In this document: positions 12,518 through 22,544 of the stretch, piece after piece | How positions within the stretch are numbered: position 1 is the first letter of the stretch | How the letters are laid out: the number at the start of each line of letters is the position of its first letter | Assembly: GCA_963550425.1 (NCBI GenBank) | Contig: CAUVCE010000001.1 | Coordinates: 1 to 47,683 of the forward strand | Direction: 5' to 3' | DNA length: 47,683 nucleotides | DNA from: an uncultured Neisseria sp. | Lineage (GTDB): Bacteria > Pseudomonadota > Gammaproteobacteria > Burkholderiales > Neisseriaceae | The notes under the pieces: model-generated | The model's input: only the letters and a program-made list of their open reading frames with translations | Told to the model about the DNA's origin: nothing | Database searches by the model: none | Made by a program: the position numbers and the translations under genes

Positions 12518-13756
12518 ATGACGACAATTGATTCTTTTGGGCGGGTGTTGAAAAAGACGAGTGTGGTACAGCAGATCGTTATCGGCTTGGTTTTGGGCTG
12601 CCTGCTGGGCTATTTCCAACCCAAAGCCGGTATGGCGGTTGGGATTTTGGGCGATATGTTTGTCAATGCGCTCAAGGCGGTTGCGCCGTTTTTGGTGTTT
12701 ATTTTGGTGGCGGCGGCAATTACCAAGCATCAAAAGGGCAATGAGGCTTATGTCAAGCCGATTTTGTTGTTATATCTGTTGGGTACGCTGGGGGCGGCTT
12801 TGGTCGCGGTGGCCGCCAGTTTTTGGTTTCCGGTAACTTTGAAGCTGATTCAGGCCGAAGAAGGCGGCAGCGTGCCGCCGGACGGGTTTGCCGAAGTGTT
12901 GCAGACGTTGTTGTTGAAGTTGGTGGACAATCCGGTCAGCGCCTTGGCCAACGGTAATTATGTCGGTATTTTGGCGTGGGCCTTGGTTCTCGGCTTCGCA
13001 TTGCGCCTCGCTTCCGCCCCCACGCGGGGGATGGTGGCTGATTTGGCCGAAGCGGTTTCGGTTATTGTGCGCTGGGTCATCCGTTTCGCCCCGCTGGGCA
13101 TTTTCGGCCTGGTGGCCGCCGTCATCGCCAAAACGGGGTTTGACGCTTTGATGGGTTATGCCCGGTTGTTGGCTGTCTTGGTCGGCTGTATGTTTTTTGT
13201 CGCCTTTGTGCTCAATCCGATAATTGTGTGGTGGGAAATTCGGAAGAATCCGTATCCGCTGGTTTTTACCTGTCTGCGCGAAAGCGGGGTAACGGCCTTC
13301 TTTACCCGTTCTTCCGCTGCCAATATCCCGGTCAATATGGCTTTGGCTAAAAAGCTGAATCTGCACGAAGACACTTATTCTATTTCTATCCCTTTGGGCG
13401 CAACCATCAATATGGCCGGCGCGGCTATTACGATTACGGTGCTGACGATGGCGGCGGCGCAAACCAAAGGTATCAATGTCGATTTTTTAACCGCCCTGCT
13501 GTTGAGTTTGGTCGCCACGGTCAGTGCGTGCGGCGCATCAGGGGTGTCGGGCGGCTCGCTGCTGCTAATTCCTTTGGCATGCAGTCTGTTTAAGATCGAT
13601 AATGATGTGGCCATGCAGGTGGTGGCGGTGGGCTTTATTATCGGCGTGGTGCAGGATTCTTGTGAAACCGCGCTTAATTCGTCTACCGATGTGTTGTTTA
13701 CGGCCGCTGCCGATTATGGCCGGCAACGGCGGGAAAGGGTTAAGAAGGGGGCTTGA
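12518..13756 (+). CDS. sstT: Serine/threonine:Na+ symporter
   Basis: [23 protein letters not shown] and ETALNSSTD motifs. Confidence 0.95.
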   Translation: MTTIDSFGRVLKKTSVVQQIVIGLVLGCLLGYFQPKAGMAVGILGDMFVNALKAVAPFLVFILVAAAITKHQKGNEAYVKPILLLYLLGTLGAALVAVAASFWFPVTLKLIQAEEGGSVPPDGFAEVLQTLLLKLVDNPVSALANGNYVGILAWALVLGFALRLASAPTRGMVADLAEAVSVIVRWVIRFAPLGIFGLVAAVIAKTGFDALMGYARLLAVLVGCMFFVAFVLNPIIVWWEIRKNPYPLVFTCLRESGVTAFFTRSSAANIPVNMALAKKLNLHEDTYSISIPLGATINMAGAAITITVLTMAAAQTKGINVDFLTALLLSLVATVSACGASGVSGGSLLLIPLACSLFKIDNDVAMQVVAVGFIIGVVQDSCETALNSSTDVLFTAAADYGRQRRERVKKGA

Positions 13757-13847
13757 AGCAGGTATGGTCGGATGTTTGTACTAAGTATAACGGTGTTCTT
13801 TTGTGGTTTGGGATGGTTGCCCCGTTATTTTTCGACCGTGTCGCCGT

Positions 13848-13876
13848 GCCGTCTGAAGGTTTCAGACGGCTTTTTT
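13848..13876 (+). terminator. Inverted canonical DUS pair acting as terminator after sstT
   Basis: GCCGTCTGAA-GGT-TTCAGACGGC-TTTTTT. Confidence 0.85.
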
Positions 13877-13985
13877 ATAACAGAAAATGATATTCTCCGC
13901 CCTGTTCCGGCAGGCAAATATGTATTGTTATGTGCAGCCGGACGGTATTGGTGATTTTTGCCGCAATGTTTGAAAGGAAAGTTTG

Positions 13986-15296
13986 ATGAATAAAATCCAA
14001 TGTCCTCATTGCCATACTGCCTTTACGGTGAATGAGGCGGATTATGCCCATATTTTGAACCAAGTCCGTGGCCAGACCTTCCGCCAGGAAATCGAGGAAC
14101 GGATGGAGCAGATACGGGGGCAGTTTCAAAAGGAAAAGGATTTGCTGGAAATGCGGGCGGAGGGGCGTTTGGAGAAGTTGCTGGCCGACAAGGAGCGCGA
14201 AATTGCCGAATTGTTGAACCGCATCGGCAATGATGAAAAAGACCGCATGTTGGCGTTGGCGGAGGTTGAGCAGCGTTTTCGGGAACGCTTGGCGGCGCAG
14301 GAAAGGCAGATTGAGGGGCTTAGGGTGCGGGCGCAGTCGCTGGCCGAGGGCAAGGAATTGGAGAAGATGCTTGAAGTTACCCGCGCCGTGGCGGAGAAAG
14401 ACCGCTTGCTGAACGACCTCAATATGCGTTTGCAGGTGCAGGAGCAGCAAAGCCTGCTGCAGCAGGGCAGTTTGCGTGAAAAATATGAGGCCGAATTGCG
14501 GCTGAAAGATGAGACCATTGCCTTTTACAAGGATTTTAAGGCACGCCAGTCCACGAAGATGATAGGCGAAAGTTTGGAACAGCATTGCGAAACCGAATTT
14601 AACCGCATACGCACGGCCGCCTTCCCGCAAGCCGTATTCGGCAAGGACAATGACGCGCATTCCGGCAGCAAAGGCGATTATATTTACCGCGAATCCGACG
14701 AATACGGCAATGAAATCCTTTCGATTATGTTTGAAATGAAAAACGAAGGGGATGAAACGGCCACTAAAAAGAAAAACGAACATTTTTTCAAGGAACTGGA
14801 TAAAGACAGGCGTGAAAAGGGCTGCGAATATGCCGTGCTGGTGTCGCTTTTGGAAGCGGACAATGATTTGTATAACGGCGGGATTGCCGATGTATCTTAT
14901 GCTTATCCGAAAATGTACGTTATCCGGCCGCAAAGTTTTATTTCCATGATTTCGCTGTTGCGCAATGCCGCCTTAAACGCCCTTCAATATAAACAGGAGG
15001 CATTCAGGATGCGCGAGCAGAATATCGATATTGCCAATTTCGAGGCGGATTTGGATAAGTTTAAGGCCGATTTCGGCCGGAATTACCGTTTGGCCAGCGA
15101 GAAGTTTGGCGCGGCGATAGAACATATCGATAAAACCATCAGGGAATTGGAGAAAATCAAGGCCAATCTTTTGGGTTCGGAAAATAACCTGCGCTTGGCC
15201 AACGATAAGGCCGAGGGGCTGACGGTCAAAAGGCTGGTGCGGAAAAACCCGACCATGAAGGCCAGGTTTGACGAATTGAAAAACGGGCGGGATTGA
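13986..15296 (+). CDS. DUF2130-family protein (N-terminal CxxC, long coiled coil, RmuC-like PD-(D/E)XK C-terminal domain)
   Basis: [22 protein letters not shown]...[26 protein letters not shown] before ATG 13986. Confidence 0.85.
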   Translation: MNKIQCPHCHTAFTVNEADYAHILNQVRGQTFRQEIEERMEQIRGQFQKEKDLLEMRAEGRLEKLLADKEREIAELLNRIGNDEKDRMLALAEVEQRFRERLAAQERQIEGLRVRAQSLAEGKELEKMLEVTRAVAEKDRLLNDLNMRLQVQEQQSLLQQGSLREKYEAELRLKDETIAFYKDFKARQSTKMIGESLEQHCETEFNRIRTAAFPQAVFGKDNDAHSGSKGDYIYRESDEYGNEILSIMFEMKNEGDETATKKKNEHFFKELDKDRREKGCEYAVLVSLLEADNDLYNGGIADVSYAYPKMYVIRPQSFISMISLLRNAALNALQYKQEAFRMREQNIDIANFEADLDKFKADFGRNYRLASEKFGAAIEHIDKTIRELEKIKANLLGSENNLRLANDKAEGLTVKRLVRKNPTMKARFDELKNGRD

Positions 15297-15352
15297 ATCC
15301 GTTAAGGAAAAGGCGGTTTGGAAACTTTGTGTCATTCGGCGGGCTGCCCGTA

Positions 15353-15361
15353 TGTTAAAAT
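15353..15361 (+). promoter_or_regulatory. Extended -10 promoter (TGnTAAAAT) upstream of the mgtE leader
   Basis: TGTTAAAAT about 130 nt upstream of the mgtE ATG. Confidence 0.55.
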
Positions 15362-15404
15362 GCCGCCTGTTTGCAACTGTTCCCGCCGTTTGCGGGCTGC
15401 CGCG

Positions 15405-15449
15405 ATGGACGACGTTCCCAAACCGTTTCCCCTTTTCCCCCAACCTTAG
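15405..15449 (+). CDS. Putative proline-rich leader peptide MDDVPKPFPLFPQP (MgtL-like)
   Basis: ATG GAC GAC GTT CCC AAA CCG TTT CCC CTT TTC CCC CAA CCT TAG in the mgtE 5' region; its own SD is weak. Confidence 0.55.
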   Translation: MDDVPKPFPLFPQP

Positions 15450-15450
15450 C

Positions 15451-15486
15451 CCCGCCGGAATGCCGCCCGCCTTCCGGCGGGCGGAG
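15451..15486 (+). promoter_or_regulatory. Mutually exclusive hairpins controlling the mgtE SD
   Basis: CCCGCCGGAA (15451-60) pairs with TTCCGGCGGG (15472-81). Alternatively CCGCCCGCC (15463-71) pairs with GGCGGGCGG (15476-84), overlapping SD GGAG (15483-86). Confidence 0.6.
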
Positions 15487-15491
15487 CATTT

Positions 15492-16940
15492 ATGAGTATC
15501 GAAAATCCCACGCCATCTTTTGAAACCGAAACTGCCGACAGCGAACGCTTCGGCTTCGATATTGCCCGCGTGCACGGGCTGGCAGAAATCCTTTTGCCTG
15601 TTTACGCGCGCATAGGGGCCGGCCGGCCTTTGGAAGACGAAACGCTGCAGCAGGCCTTTGACGAATTGACCGGCATACTGCACGAACTGCATCCGGCCGA
15701 TATGGCTGCCCTGTTGGAATCGCTGCCGCCCAAGGAGCGCGTGCTGGTGTGGAAGCTGGCCGTGCCCGAAGACGACGGCGATGTGTTGTTGGAAGTTTCC
15801 GAAGCCGTACGCGAAACCCTGATTGAAAGTATGGACAAGGATGAACTTCTGGCGGCGGTGGAGGATTTGGACGCGGACGATTTGGCCGAATTGGCAGACG
15901 ACCTGCCCCACCAGGTCGTCCATGAGGTTTTGCAGACCCGCGACGAAGAGGAACGCGAACAGGTTCGCGCGGCCATGTCTTACCGCGACGACCAAGTGGG
16001 CGCGGTAATGGATTTCGAGTTGGTCAGTGTGCGGGCCGATGTCGCCTGCGAGGTCGTGTTGCGGTATTTGCGCCGTTTCGAACACCTGCCCGACCACACG
16101 GACAAAATTTTTGTCGTGGACGAAGAAGACGTGTTAATCGGCGTGCTGCCTATACGCAAGCTTTTGGTGTCCGACCCCGAAGAGTCGGTGGAAAATGTGA
16201 TGGCCAAAGACGTGGTGCGCTTCCGGCCGACAGATGATGTGGAGGAGGCGGCACAGGCCTTCGAACGCTACGACTTGGTTACCGCCCCCGTCATCGATGA
16301 GAATGGCAAACTCATCGGCCGGATCACGGTAGATGAGATGGTGGATGTCATCCGCGAGGAATCGGAGGCCGATATGTTGAATATGGCCGGTTTGCAGGAT
16401 GAGGAGGATTTGTTCGCGCCGGTGTGGGATTCGGTAAAAAACCGGTGGGTGTGGCTGGCGGTGAATCTGTGTACGGCCTTGGTCGCCAGCCGCGTTATCG
16501 GCGCGTTCGAACACTCTATTGCACAAATTGTCGCGCTCGCTTCGCTGATGCCGATTGTGGCGGGCATAGGCGGCAATTCGGGCAATCAAACCATTACCAT
16601 GATTGTTCGCGCCATCGCCATGGGGCAGTTGGCCGATTTGCAGGTCGGCCGCCTGCTGCGCAAGGAAATCGGCGTGGCGCTGCTCAACGGCCTGATCTGG
16701 GGCGGGGTGATGGGTGTGATTACCGTGGCGATGTATCACAGTGTCAGTATCGGGCTGGTAATGGTGGCCGCCATGACGCTGAATCTGCTGCTGGCCGCCA
16801 CGGTGGGCGTATTGATTCCGATTCTGATGGAGAAAGCCGGCCGCGATCCGGCATTGGGCAGCTCGGTGCTGATTACGGCCGTTACGGATTCGGGAGGGTT
16901 TTTAATCTTTTTGGGCCTGGCAACCGTGTTTTTGCTTTGA
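15492..16940 (+). CDS. mgtE: Magnesium transporter MgtE
   Basis: Acidic N domain, CBS pair, GGNSGNQT, DPALGSSVLITAVTD. Confidence 0.96.
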   Translation: MSIENPTPSFETETADSERFGFDIARVHGLAEILLPVYARIGAGRPLEDETLQQAFDELTGILHELHPADMAALLESLPPKERVLVWKLAVPEDDGDVLLEVSEAVRETLIESMDKDELLAAVEDLDADDLAELADDLPHQVVHEVLQTRDEEEREQVRAAMSYRDDQVGAVMDFELVSVRADVACEVVLRYLRRFEHLPDHTDKIFVVDEEDVLIGVLPIRKLLVSDPEESVENVMAKDVVRFRPTDDVEEAAQAFERYDLVTAPVIDENGKLIGRITVDEMVDVIREESEADMLNMAGLQDEEDLFAPVWDSVKNRWVWLAVNLCTALVASRVIGAFEHSIAQIVALASLMPIVAGIGGNSGNQTITMIVRAIAMGQLADLQVGRLLRKEIGVALLNGLIWGGVMGVITVAMYHSVSIGLVMVAAMTLNLLLAATVGVLIPILMEKAGRDPALGSSVLITAVTDSGGFLIFLGLATVFLL

Positions 16941-16980
16941 CGGGTTTTTTTGCAAGGAAAACCAACAGCCCGAATCCTTT

Positions 16981-17643
16981 TCAGGCGGCCTTGTCTTTTT
17001 GCGGCAACAACGAAGGCAGATGTTTCCCCGCTCGCTGCCAATAATAGGCAAACAACAAAACGGTTTCCCTTGCCCAAAACCTTACCTTTTCCTTAGTATC
17101 GGTATATCGGGTGGTGGTGGTGGCCGAGAGGTCGGCCTGTATGCCCAAATCGGAGGCGATGGCGGCTGGGCGTGCCAAATGCAGGGGGTCGCTGACGATG
17201 ACGACCTTGTTTAATTTGGCCGTTTGCAGCTTGTCGCGGATATTGGACAAATTTTGATAAGTATTGCGGGAAGTGGTTTCGATGATGATGTCGCGGGCAG
17301 GGATGCCTTCTTTCAGGGCATAACGCCGGCCGACTTCGGCCTCGCTCATAAAGCCCTTTTTGCGCGTCCCGCCGGTAAAGGCCAACTTACGCACCTTTCC
17401 TTCCTTATACAGCCTGACCGCATGGCGGATACGTTCGCGGAACACGGGTGAGGGTTTGGCATCCCATGCCGCCGCCCCCAGGACGACGGCCACATCGCCG
17501 CGATAACCGTCCGGCAGTTTGGATTGTCCGGCCAAATAAACGCGCGCGCTGCAAAAAACCGCCATCAGGAATAGCAGAGCCAGGCTGAGGCGCAAGCCGC
17601 GCCACAACAAAGACAAACCGTTCCTGATAGGCGGGGGCGGCAT
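16981..17643 (-). CDS. YdcF/DUF218 (SanA-like) membrane-anchored protein
   Basis: AVVLGA, TGG...SEAE, SRNTYQN and VSDPLHLAR motifs; start moved to ATG 17643. Confidence 0.85.
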   Translation of the reverse strand: MPPPPIRNGLSLLWRGLRLSLALLFLMAVFCSARVYLAGQSKLPDGYRGDVAVVLGAAAWDAKPSPVFRERIRHAVRLYKEGKVRKLAFTGGTRKKGFMSEAEVGRRYALKEGIPARDIIIETTSRNTYQNLSNIRDKLQTAKLNKVVIVSDPLHLARPAAIASDLGIQADLSATTTTRYTDTKEKVRFWARETVLLFAYYWQRAGKHLPSLLPQKDKAA

Positions 17644-17644
17644 A

Positions 17645-18007
17645 TCAGCCGACCTTTCCGGCCGGTAGGGCGGCGATATTGTCCAAAGGGCGGCCGATGG
17701 CGGCATAGTCCCCGCATACGGCAACCGGCCGTTCGAGCAGGGCGGGGTGGGCGGCAATCGCGGCCAAAAGGGTTTCGCCATCCGCCTCATCCAACCCCGG
17801 TTCCCCATATAAACCGTCCTTCGTCCCCATCATACCTCGGGGGTCTGCCAAACCGAGTTTCTGGCAAAGGCCGCGCAACTCTTCAACCGATGGGGGGGTA
17901 TCGGGGTAATTTAAAATGCGTACGTCGATTCCGCATCCGTGCGGATATTCCGCCGCCGCGCGCGATTTCGAACAGCGGGGATTGCGATAGAGGGTAACAT
18001 TGGTCAT
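17645..18007 (-). CDS. arsC: ArsC-family (glutaredoxin-type arsenate reductase) protein, possibly degenerate
   Basis: NPRCSKSR, LLERP and IGRP motifs; several conserved positions altered. Confidence 0.8.
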   Translation of the reverse strand: MTNVTLYRNPRCSKSRAAAEYPHGCGIDVRILNYPDTPPSVEELRGLCQKLGLADPRGMMGTKDGLYGEPGLDEADGETLLAAIAAHPALLERPVAVCGDYAAIGRPLDNIAALPAGKVG

Positions 18008-18174
18008 GACGGGGGATTTTATTGATTCGGACGGGCATTTTACCGCCGATTGCAAAAAGTACCAAGACGGGCTTTGCCAAAGATTAACAAAAATCAAGGC
18101 AATGCGGAAAAGAAAAAAATCCGGCATCAGACAGCTTATAATCATCTTTCCCAAACAAAATGGAGCAAAAGACC

Positions 18175-18648
18175 ATGAAACAGCCCTACATTCTTTTTTT
18201 ATTCGGCCTGTTCATATCCAACGCCGTTGCAGCCGATTTGGCCGCCTACCCGTCCGGTCAGGCGCAGGATTTGTCCGCATTGAAAGCGCCGGTCAGGATA
18301 GTGAACCTGTGGGGTTCTTATTGCAAACCCTGCGTGAAGGAAATGCCCGAAATGTCGGCCTGGTATAAAAAACAGAAAAAAGGCAGCGTGGATTTGGTCG
18401 GCATTGCCGTAGACAGGGAGGCCAATATTGCCGAATTTCTGAAAAAAACGCCGGTTTCCTATCCCGTTTGGCGTTATACCGGCAAAGACAGCCGCGCCTT
18501 CATGCAGACATTGGGCAACAAGGTCGGCGCACTGCCGTTTACCACGGTAGAGGCCGTGAAATGCGGTCATAAAGAAGCGATTTTGGGCGAAATCAACGGC
18601 AAAAAACTGGACGAGGCAGTGCAAAAGGCCGTCGCGCAATGCAAATAA
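18175..18648 (+). CDS. Exported TlpA-like thioredoxin
   Basis: Signal peptide, VNLWGSYCKPC..EMP, ALPFT. Confidence 0.88.
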   Translation: MKQPYILFLFGLFISNAVAADLAAYPSGQAQDLSALKAPVRIVNLWGSYCKPCVKEMPEMSAWYKKQKKGSVDLVGIAVDREANIAEFLKKTPVSYPVWRYTGKDSRAFMQTLGNKVGALPFTTVEAVKCGHKEAILGEINGKKLDEAVQKAVAQCK

Positions 18649-18658
18649 GGCGGCCGGT

Positions 18659-18698
18659 TAGGGCGGATTGGCAAAATTGTTTAATCCGCCCTATTTTT
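18659..18698. terminator. Hairpin between the convergent TlpA-like gene and prlC
   Basis: TAGGGCGGATT...AATCCGCCCTA followed by TTTTT. Confidence 0.65.
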
Positions 18699-18730
18699 AG
18701 AACCGTGCGTCAAAATACGATTGGCTTTGC

Positions 18731-20761
18731 CTAGTCGGTCAGCAAGCCCAAATGGCGCAACAGTGCATCAGGTTTGGGTTCGCGCCCCCTAAATGCCTTA
18801 AACGACTCCATGGCGCTGCGGGAACCGCCACGCGACAGGATTTCATCCCAAAAACGCGCGCCTGTGGCCTGCGGGTCGCCGCTTTCCTCAAAGGCGGCGT
18901 AAACATCGGCGCTCAACACCTCCGCCCAGGCATAACTGTAATAACCCGCCGCATAGCCGCCCGCAAAAATATGGCCGAAACTTTGTGGGAAACGGTTGTA
19001 ATCGGGCTGGCGGATAACGGCCACTTCCGAACGGACATCATGCAGTGTCTGCATCCAGTTTTTCAGGCGGCCTGCGTCTGTCTCGCTGTAAATCAACATA
19101 TCGAACAAGCCGAATTCGATTTGCCGGGCTAAAAACAGGCCGACTTGGAAATTTTTGGCCGCCAGCATTTTATCGAACAATTCGCGCGGCAGGCTTTGGC
19201 CGTCTTGTTCGTGTGCCGACATTGCGGCCAGCACATCATATTCCCAAGCGAAATTTTCCATAAACTGACTGGGCATTTCCACCGCATCCCATTCCACGCC
19301 GTTGATGCCCGACACGCCCAACTCGTCCACACGGGTCAGCAGGTGGTGCAGGCCGTGTCCTGTTTCGTGGAACAGCGTAACGATTTCGTCATGGCTCAAA
19401 TAGGCGGGTTTGCCGTTTACCGGCGGGGCGAAATTGCAGACCAGGTAAGCGGTCGGCAGCTGCACCGAACCGTCTGGCAGGCGGCGGCGGCCTTTATAGT
19501 CGTTCATCCACGCGCCGCCGCGTTTGCCTTCGCGGGCATACAGATCCATATACACGCCGCCTATGGTTTCACCGTCTTTTTCCAGCTCGAAGTAACGCAC
19601 GTCGGGATGCCATACGGGCACGCTGCGTTCGCGCAGCCTCACGCCATAGAGGCGGCCGATTTGCCCAAACAGGCCGGCCAATACCTTATCGGCGGGGAAG
19701 TACCGTTTGACTTCGGTTTCGGAAAAGGCATATTTGGCCTCGCGCAGTTTTTCGCTGGCATAGGTGATGTCGTAAACCTCCGGCTTGTCCAGATTAAGCC
19801 GCTCTTTTGCAAATGCCTGCACTTCGGCCAAATCGCGTTCGCCGAAAGGTTTGGACTTGGCGGCCAACTCACGCAGGAAAGACAGCACTTTGGCGGGTGA
19901 TTCGGCCATTTTCGTGGCCAGCGACAATTCGGCGTAGTTGGCAAAACCCAACAGCTTGGCTTCGGCCAAAGCGATTTCCAGCCGCCGTGTGATATTGGCG
20001 GTATTGTCGTATTCCGGCTTGCCCAGTTCGCTGGCGCGGGTGGCATAGGCGCGGTAGATTTCGGCACGCAGTTCACGGTCGTCGGCATGTTTCATCACGG
20101 CCAGATAATGCGGAATCTGCAGGCCGATTTTATAGCCCTCTTTGCCCTCGGTTTGCGCGGCGGCGGCAAACATGGCCTTTTCGTCATCGGTCAGGCCGCC
20201 CAACCGGCGGTCGTCGGAAAAATACAGCGCGAAGGCATCGGTCGCGTCAAGCAGGTTTTGCGAAAAGGCGGCCGCCAGTTGCGCGCCCTCGGTATTTAAC
20301 GCGGCCAACTGCCCCTGTTGCCCGGGCGGCAGCTCCGCACCGCCCAATACGAAATCGCGCAGGTCGTGTTCCAGTTTGGTTTTGCGGGCTTCGTCCAGCA
20401 CGGCATATTCAGCCGAAGCCTTGATGGCTTTAAAACGGGCGTAAAGTTCGATGTCTTGGCCGATTTCGGTAAAGAAAGCCGTTACTTCGGGCATCATGGC
20501 GTTGTATTCCGCGCGTAATTCGGGGGTATCGACCACGGCGTTCAGATGGGAAACCACGCCCCAAATGCGGCCGACACGCTCGGTTTGGTCGGTCAGCCGG
20601 TCGGCGGTGTTTTCCCAGGTGGTTTCGTTCTGCGCCTTGATGTCGGCAATGGCGGCGCGGGCTTCGGCCATGGCGGTTTCGAGTGCGGGGCGGATATCGC
20701 GCGGGCGGATAAGGTCGAAGCGCGGCTCGTCTTTAAGGTTCAGCAGGATGTTGTCGGTCAT
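18731..20761 (-). CDS. prlC: Oligopeptidase A (M3 family)
   Basis: FHETGHGLHH, VEWDAVEMPSQFMEN and GYAAGYYSY motifs. Confidence 0.95.
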   Translation of the reverse strand: MTDNILLNLKDEPRFDLIRPRDIRPALETAMAEARAAIADIKAQNETTWENTADRLTDQTERVGRIWGVVSHLNAVVDTPELRAEYNAMMPEVTAFFTEIGQDIELYARFKAIKASAEYAVLDEARKTKLEHDLRDFVLGGAELPPGQQGQLAALNTEGAQLAAAFSQNLLDATDAFALYFSDDRRLGGLTDDEKAMFAAAAQTEGKEGYKIGLQIPHYLAVMKHADDRELRAEIYRAYATRASELGKPEYDNTANITRRLEIALAEAKLLGFANYAELSLATKMAESPAKVLSFLRELAAKSKPFGERDLAEVQAFAKERLNLDKPEVYDITYASEKLREAKYAFSETEVKRYFPADKVLAGLFGQIGRLYGVRLRERSVPVWHPDVRYFELEKDGETIGGVYMDLYAREGKRGGAWMNDYKGRRRLPDGSVQLPTAYLVCNFAPPVNGKPAYLSHDEIVTLFHETGHGLHHLLTRVDELGVSGINGVEWDAVEMPSQFMENFAWEYDVLAAMSAHEQDGQSLPRELFDKMLAAKNFQVGLFLARQIEFGLFDMLIYSETDAGRLKNWMQTLHDVRSEVAVIRQPDYNRFPQSFGHIFAGGYAAGYYSYAWAEVLSADVYAAFEESGDPQATGARFWDEILSRGGSRSAMESFKAFRGREPKPDALLRHLGLLTD

Positions 20762-20846
20762 GATAGTCCCTTATGGGTGGATAACCGCGTCCAAATGGGG
20801 GCGGTCGGGCGGATTTCAGCCCCAAAATGCCGATTCGGCAAAAGCC

Positions 20847-21770
20847 TTACCATCCGTTCTTCGGCCGTTCGGCTTTGTCTGCCAGATAAGCCGTCAGCGG
20901 GTGGGCGTTGCCGACCAAACCCATCCGCCGGAACAAATCCAGTGTAACCAGCATCGAATCGTCCGCCATTTCGCCGCCACACATGGACTCGGCAAGCTCT
21001 TCCGCCGTCAGCAGCAGGAAATCCGCCACTTCGCCGTCTTGATTTTTCGGTACGGCACCCTTAGGCAGTACGGCATCGTAAATGTGCAGGTATTCGCGGT
21101 GCAGGCCGCGCGTTGAGATTCGAAGGCTGTGCAGTTTTGCCGTCTGAATCAGCTTGGCCGTCAGGCTTGCCGGCAACCCGGCTTCTTCCCACGCCTCGCG
21201 CCGCATTGCCTCATCGGCCGTTTCCCCCGCCGCAATCCCGCCGCCGACCAGATTATCCAGTTTGTCGGGATCGACCGCCTTATGGCTGCTGCGGCGGCTT
21301 ATCCAAAAACGCCAGCCGTCCGAAGTATGTGTCAGGCCGTTGATGTGGATGGCGCGGCTGTACAAACCGAATGGGCGGAAAGCCGCACGTTCCAGCGCAA
21401 ACAAAACCCTGCCGCCGGCATCACGCACATCGAAATATTCGTTCCGCCAGCCGTGAAACAGACCGGCCTCATACCAGCCGCGTGCCAGCCTTTGCAAAAT
21501 ATCCCCTGTCTCCCGCCAACTGCCGGCCGTCAAATGCAGGCCGTCCGGCCGGTTGTCCAAACAATTGTGACAATACCGCAAATGTTCCTGCCATACGGCA
21601 TCCAACAAGCCCAGATTCAGCCCGTTCAGGTATAAGGGCCGCCATTTGCGGCTGCCGTATTGGAAACGGGACGACAGTTTTTCAAGCAGCCGTGTTTGGA
21701 TGTTTTCCGGCAGCGGGGAAAAAGACGGCACGGGGGTTTTTGTTTGGTTGGGTCTGTTTTGTTCCGACAT
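20847..21770 (-). CDS. Nudix hydrolase (DUF4743-type N-terminus)
   Basis: Nudix box GGGIAAGETADEAMRREAWEEAGL; GWRNE and NQDGEV motifs. Confidence 0.88.
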   Translation of the reverse strand: MSEQNRPNQTKTPVPSFSPLPENIQTRLLEKLSSRFQYGSRKWRPLYLNGLNLGLLDAVWQEHLRYCHNCLDNRPDGLHLTAGSWRETGDILQRLARGWYEAGLFHGWRNEYFDVRDAGGRVLFALERAAFRPFGLYSRAIHINGLTHTSDGWRFWISRRSSHKAVDPDKLDNLVGGGIAAGETADEAMRREAWEEAGLPASLTAKLIQTAKLHSLRISTRGLHREYLHIYDAVLPKGAVPKNQDGEVADFLLLTAEELAESMCGGEMADDSMLVTLDLFRRMGLVGNAHPLTAYLADKAERPKNGW

Positions 21771-21794
21771 TTTTCAGGTTCTTGAAGCGGGCTT

Positions 21795-22544
21795 TTATCC
21801 GGCAGACGGCAGGTAGATGTCGAAACGGGTCGACTTTCCTTCGTATTGGTATGCGGGAGGGTATTGTGCCAGGAATCCGCCCAAGCGCGGACGTTTGACA
21901 ACAACGCGTTTTTTTGCAACGGCGCGGGCGGCCGCCAATAGGGCGGCATCGTCTGCCTGTCGCGCCGTTCCCACCAGTTCGTGAAAATAGGCCATTTCTT
22001 TTTTTGCCGCCGCCGATTTTTGCCGCCCGGGATACATGGGGTCGAGATATACTGCATCGGGGCGGCGTTTTTCGGCCAATTCCGGCAGCAGCCGCAGGGC
22101 TTCGCCGTAATGCAGGCTGATGCGTTCGGCAATTTCGGCAACGCCCGCATCGGCAAGGGCGCGGTGCAGGCCGTCCGAAAGCAGGCAGGCTGCGGCAGGG
22201 TGGCGTTCGATGATGCAGACGGTCAGGCCTTGAGCCGCCAAGACGAAGGCATCCCTCCCCAATCCCCCGGTCGCATCGACGACAAAGGGCCTGCCGCTGT
22301 GATTGACCGCCTTGGCAATCAGTTCCCCGCCTCCCTTCAAACGGCGGTATTGTGCCGCGCCGTTTGCAAAATCCACCCTTACCCGGCCTTTTTCGCCCGA
22401 ACGGCATAAGCTGATGCCGTCTTCGTCCGCCAAAAGGTAAAGTCCGTCCGAAGGCGGGGCGGCGCAGGCGGCAAAGCCGAAGGAGGCCGCAATGTCCAAT
22501 GCGGCCGGGCTGGCTTTGGGTGCGGGGTGGAAGGGGGGAATCAT
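21795..22544 (-). CDS. rsmJ: 16S rRNA m2G1516 methyltransferase
   Basis: DATGGLGRDAFVLA, YLDPMYP and RVVVKRP motifs. Confidence 0.92.
   Translation of the reverse strand: MIPPFHPAPKASPAALDIAASFGFAACAAPPSDGLYLLADEDGISLCRSGEKGRVRVDFANGAAQYRRLKGGGELIAKAVNHSGRPFVVDATGGLGRDAFVLAAQGLTVCIIERHPAAACLLSDGLHRALADAGVAEIAERISLHYGEALRLLPELAEKRRPDAVYLDPMYPGRQKSAAAKKEMAYFHELVGTARQADDAALLAAARAVAKKRVVVKRPRLGGFLAQYPPAYQYEGKSTRFDIYLPSAG

Noticed and set aside
15360..15404. Longer in-frame leader ORF starting at ATG 15360 (MPPVCNC...)
   Set aside because: That ATG overlaps the putative -10 box and would not be in that transcript. It is possible only on readthrough mRNA from the DUF2130 gene.
19361..19374. TGTTTCGTGGAACA resembling parS
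   Set aside because: Lacks two central bases of the 16-bp parS palindrome and lies in the prlC HExxH coding sequence.
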